A stretch of 64,000 nucleotides of DNA, from contig CBDCRP010000003.1 of NCBI GenBank assembly GCA_965221165.1, positions 1,600,001 through 1,664,000 of the forward strand. The letters are read 5' to 3'. Below the pieces are notes generated by a model, which saw only the letters and a list, made by a program, of their open reading frames with translations, was not told the DNA's origin and made no database searches. A program made the translations under genes and the position numbers. Source of the stretch: a bacterium (GTDB lineage: Bacteria; UBA8248). Of the stretch, positions 62,421-64,000 are shown one piece after another; the stretch's first letter is position 1; every line of letters starts with the position of its first letter.

Positions 62421-62599
62421 GCGGGCACGACCTTCACCTCCTCGGGGAAGCTCGACTCCTTCCTCAGTCGGGGCTGACCCCAGGCGCGCAATATCTTCGA
62501 GGTCATCGCTTGTCTCCAGGAGCGCGAGGGGCTTCGGCTCACAGTCCGCGCGGTTCGGTAGAGAGAGGTTCAATCCTCATTCCACTTTTACCTTTGCCT

Positions 62600-62703
62600 G
62601 TCATCCCGGAATGCCCTGATCCTGGATCCAGCGACTTTCCCATAGGCATTTCCGGATTCCGGCAATCCCGCCTTTCTCAATCGGAATTGACACCGGAATG
62701 ACG
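62600..62703. repeat. GTCATCCC...GGAATGAC palindromic repeat, copy B
   Basis: Close direct repeat of 63517-63622. Confidence 0.75.
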
Positions 62704-62708
62704 ATTAA

Positions 62709-62825
62709 CTCACGAAGGAGGAATTCGACGATTTGAGATCACAAATTGTGATCTCAAAGATTGTGACCTCAAGTCGGGGCGGCAGGCGTTATCCGCCTTA
62801 TGCGTGCACCGAACAGGACGTCGCT
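62709..62825 (+). pseudogene. ORF6N-domain gene fragment
   Basis: Translates LTKEEFDDLRSQIVISKIVTSSRGGRRYPPYACTEQDVA, resembling the ORF6N C-terminal signature; no start. Confidence 0.65.
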
Positions 62826-62887
62826 CTTATCGCCTCGCAGCAAGACCTGTTTTACGGACCGCGTAATATCCGGTATGATCGACAAGC

Positions 62888-63166
62888 ATGATCCGAAGCT
62901 TCAGGAATCGGGACACACGGCGTTTTTTTGAGGGGAATCGCGTTGTGGCGTTTCACGGATTCGCCGATCAGGCGGCGCGGCGTATGACCCTGCTGGACAG
63001 CGCGGAGACACTTCAAGACCTGGCGGCTCTGCGGAGTAACCGGCTGGAAGCACTGCGGGGAGATCGCGCAGACCGGTACAGCATCCGGATCAACGCGCAG
63101 TGGCGCATCTGCTTCCGCTGGGAAGACGACGGACCGTGCGATGTGGAGATTGTGGACTATCACTAA
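62888..63166 (+). CDS. higB: HigB toxin (RelE/ParE superfamily)
   Basis: MIRSF, NRLEALRGDR...YSIRINAQWRICFRW and VEIVDYH. Confidence 0.93.
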   Translation: MIRSFRNRDTRRFFEGNRVVAFHGFADQAARRMTLLDSAETLQDLAALRSNRLEALRGDRADRYSIRINAQWRICFRWEDDGPCDVEIVDYH

Positions 63167-63172
63167 AGGGGT

Positions 63173-63484
63173 GTGGAGATGAACGCAAAAAACGCCATGA
63201 GGCCGGTGCATCCGGGTGAGATACTGCGCGAGGAACTGGGCGCGCTGGACATGTCGGCCAACGCGCTGGCGAAGGCGCTGGGCGTGCCGGTAAACCGGAT
63301 CACGACGATCATGAACGGCCAGCGGGGCGTGAGCGCGGACACGGCGTTGCGTCTGGCGCGCTACTTCGGGACGACACCCGAACTCTGGCTGAATCTGCAA
63401 AAGACCTGGGAGCTTCGCCGGGCCGAAATCACGCAGGGTCGCCAGATCGCCAAACGGGTGAAGCCCCGGCAAACGGCGGCGTAG
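63173..63484 (+). CDS. higA: HigA antitoxin
   Basis: PVHPGEILREE and ADTALRLARYFGTTPELWLNLQ. Confidence 0.93.
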   Translation: MEMNAKNAMRPVHPGEILREELGALDMSANALAKALGVPVNRITTIMNGQRGVSADTALRLARYFGTTPELWLNLQKTWELRRAEITQGRQIAKRVKPRQTAA

Positions 63485-63516
63485 GGTCCGAACACACTTT
63501 CACTTCGCTTTTCTTC

Positions 63517-63685
63517 GTCATCCCGGAATGCCTTGATCCCCGATATCCAGCGACTTTCCCAAAGGCGTTTCCGGATTCCGGCAATTCCTCCCCCACCGGT
63601 CGGAATTGACACCGGGATGACGGCGGTGGAGCCTGTTGACACTGTGGGGATGTAAAGGCGGGCGGGCACAGGGGGCCACCCCTAC
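63517..63685. repeat. Palindromic repeat copy C (63517-63643) plus degenerate GTAG REP (63660-63685)
   Basis: Similarity to copies A and B; GGGCGGGCACAGGGGGCCACCCCTAC. Confidence 0.7.
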
Positions 63686-64000
63686 GGAGGCGCAACCGCA
63701 TGCCCGATCGGCCAAACCCTCCCCCACCGGTCGCAATTTCTCTCCTTTCAATTTATCGCCCGTCACGAGGAACACCGCATTTGCCCGCATTTGCGGCTTT
63801 CGAATGGGAAGAATGTCCGTGTATGCCGGCGAAGCGGGTCGTCGCGTCCGGGGTTCAATGAATTTCTGAAAATAAGTGAAAAAAGGTGAAAAACAGGGAA
63901 AATACCTGAAAATAAGTGAAAATTAAACTGCTTGAAAATAAAGCCCTTGGGGGTTTTTCCGGGGGCGCGATGGTGTATAGTGGGGAATCGTCATCGTCCC

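Noticed and set aside
63860-64000. AT-rich window end as a CRISPR leader
   Set aside because: No repeats or cas genes are visible within the window, so it cannot be supported.

Overview
GC-rich bacterial chromosomal window of mostly catabolic and transport genes: aap and liv ABC systems, TRAP/TAXI, TTT, citrate synthase, a complete arginine-to-spermidine operon and tRNA-Pro. The ORF track splits four genes at in-frame TGA codons. Each TGA falls at a family-typical redox position and is followed by a SECIS-like hairpin, so all four are probably selenoproteins: a UGSC-family protein with a UGSS variant motif, GrdA, a GrdB-like protein and an AhpD/CMD-like CxxU protein. The strongest candidate for a new system is an atypical glycine/betaine-reductase-like cluster (grdC-grdA-grdE-like-orfX-grdB-like). 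Its GrdB has lost both Cys of UxxCxxC (UGTGTRS), its GrdE lacks the pyruvoyl-forming Cys, and there is no local grdD or thioredoxin system. An IS110/IS1111 element sits inside a REP palindrome, and its 3' non-coding end carries bridge/seekRNA-like guides matching both the reconstructed target and the donor junction. Also present: a lower-GC C5-MTase/REase/Vsr island, secreted modular ankyrin proteins, and a palindrome-rich region with higBA, gene relics and a proline-rich micro-ORF. A host-associated lifestyle (e.g. sponge symbiont) is plausible but only inferred. All calls come from reading the sequence; no searches were run.
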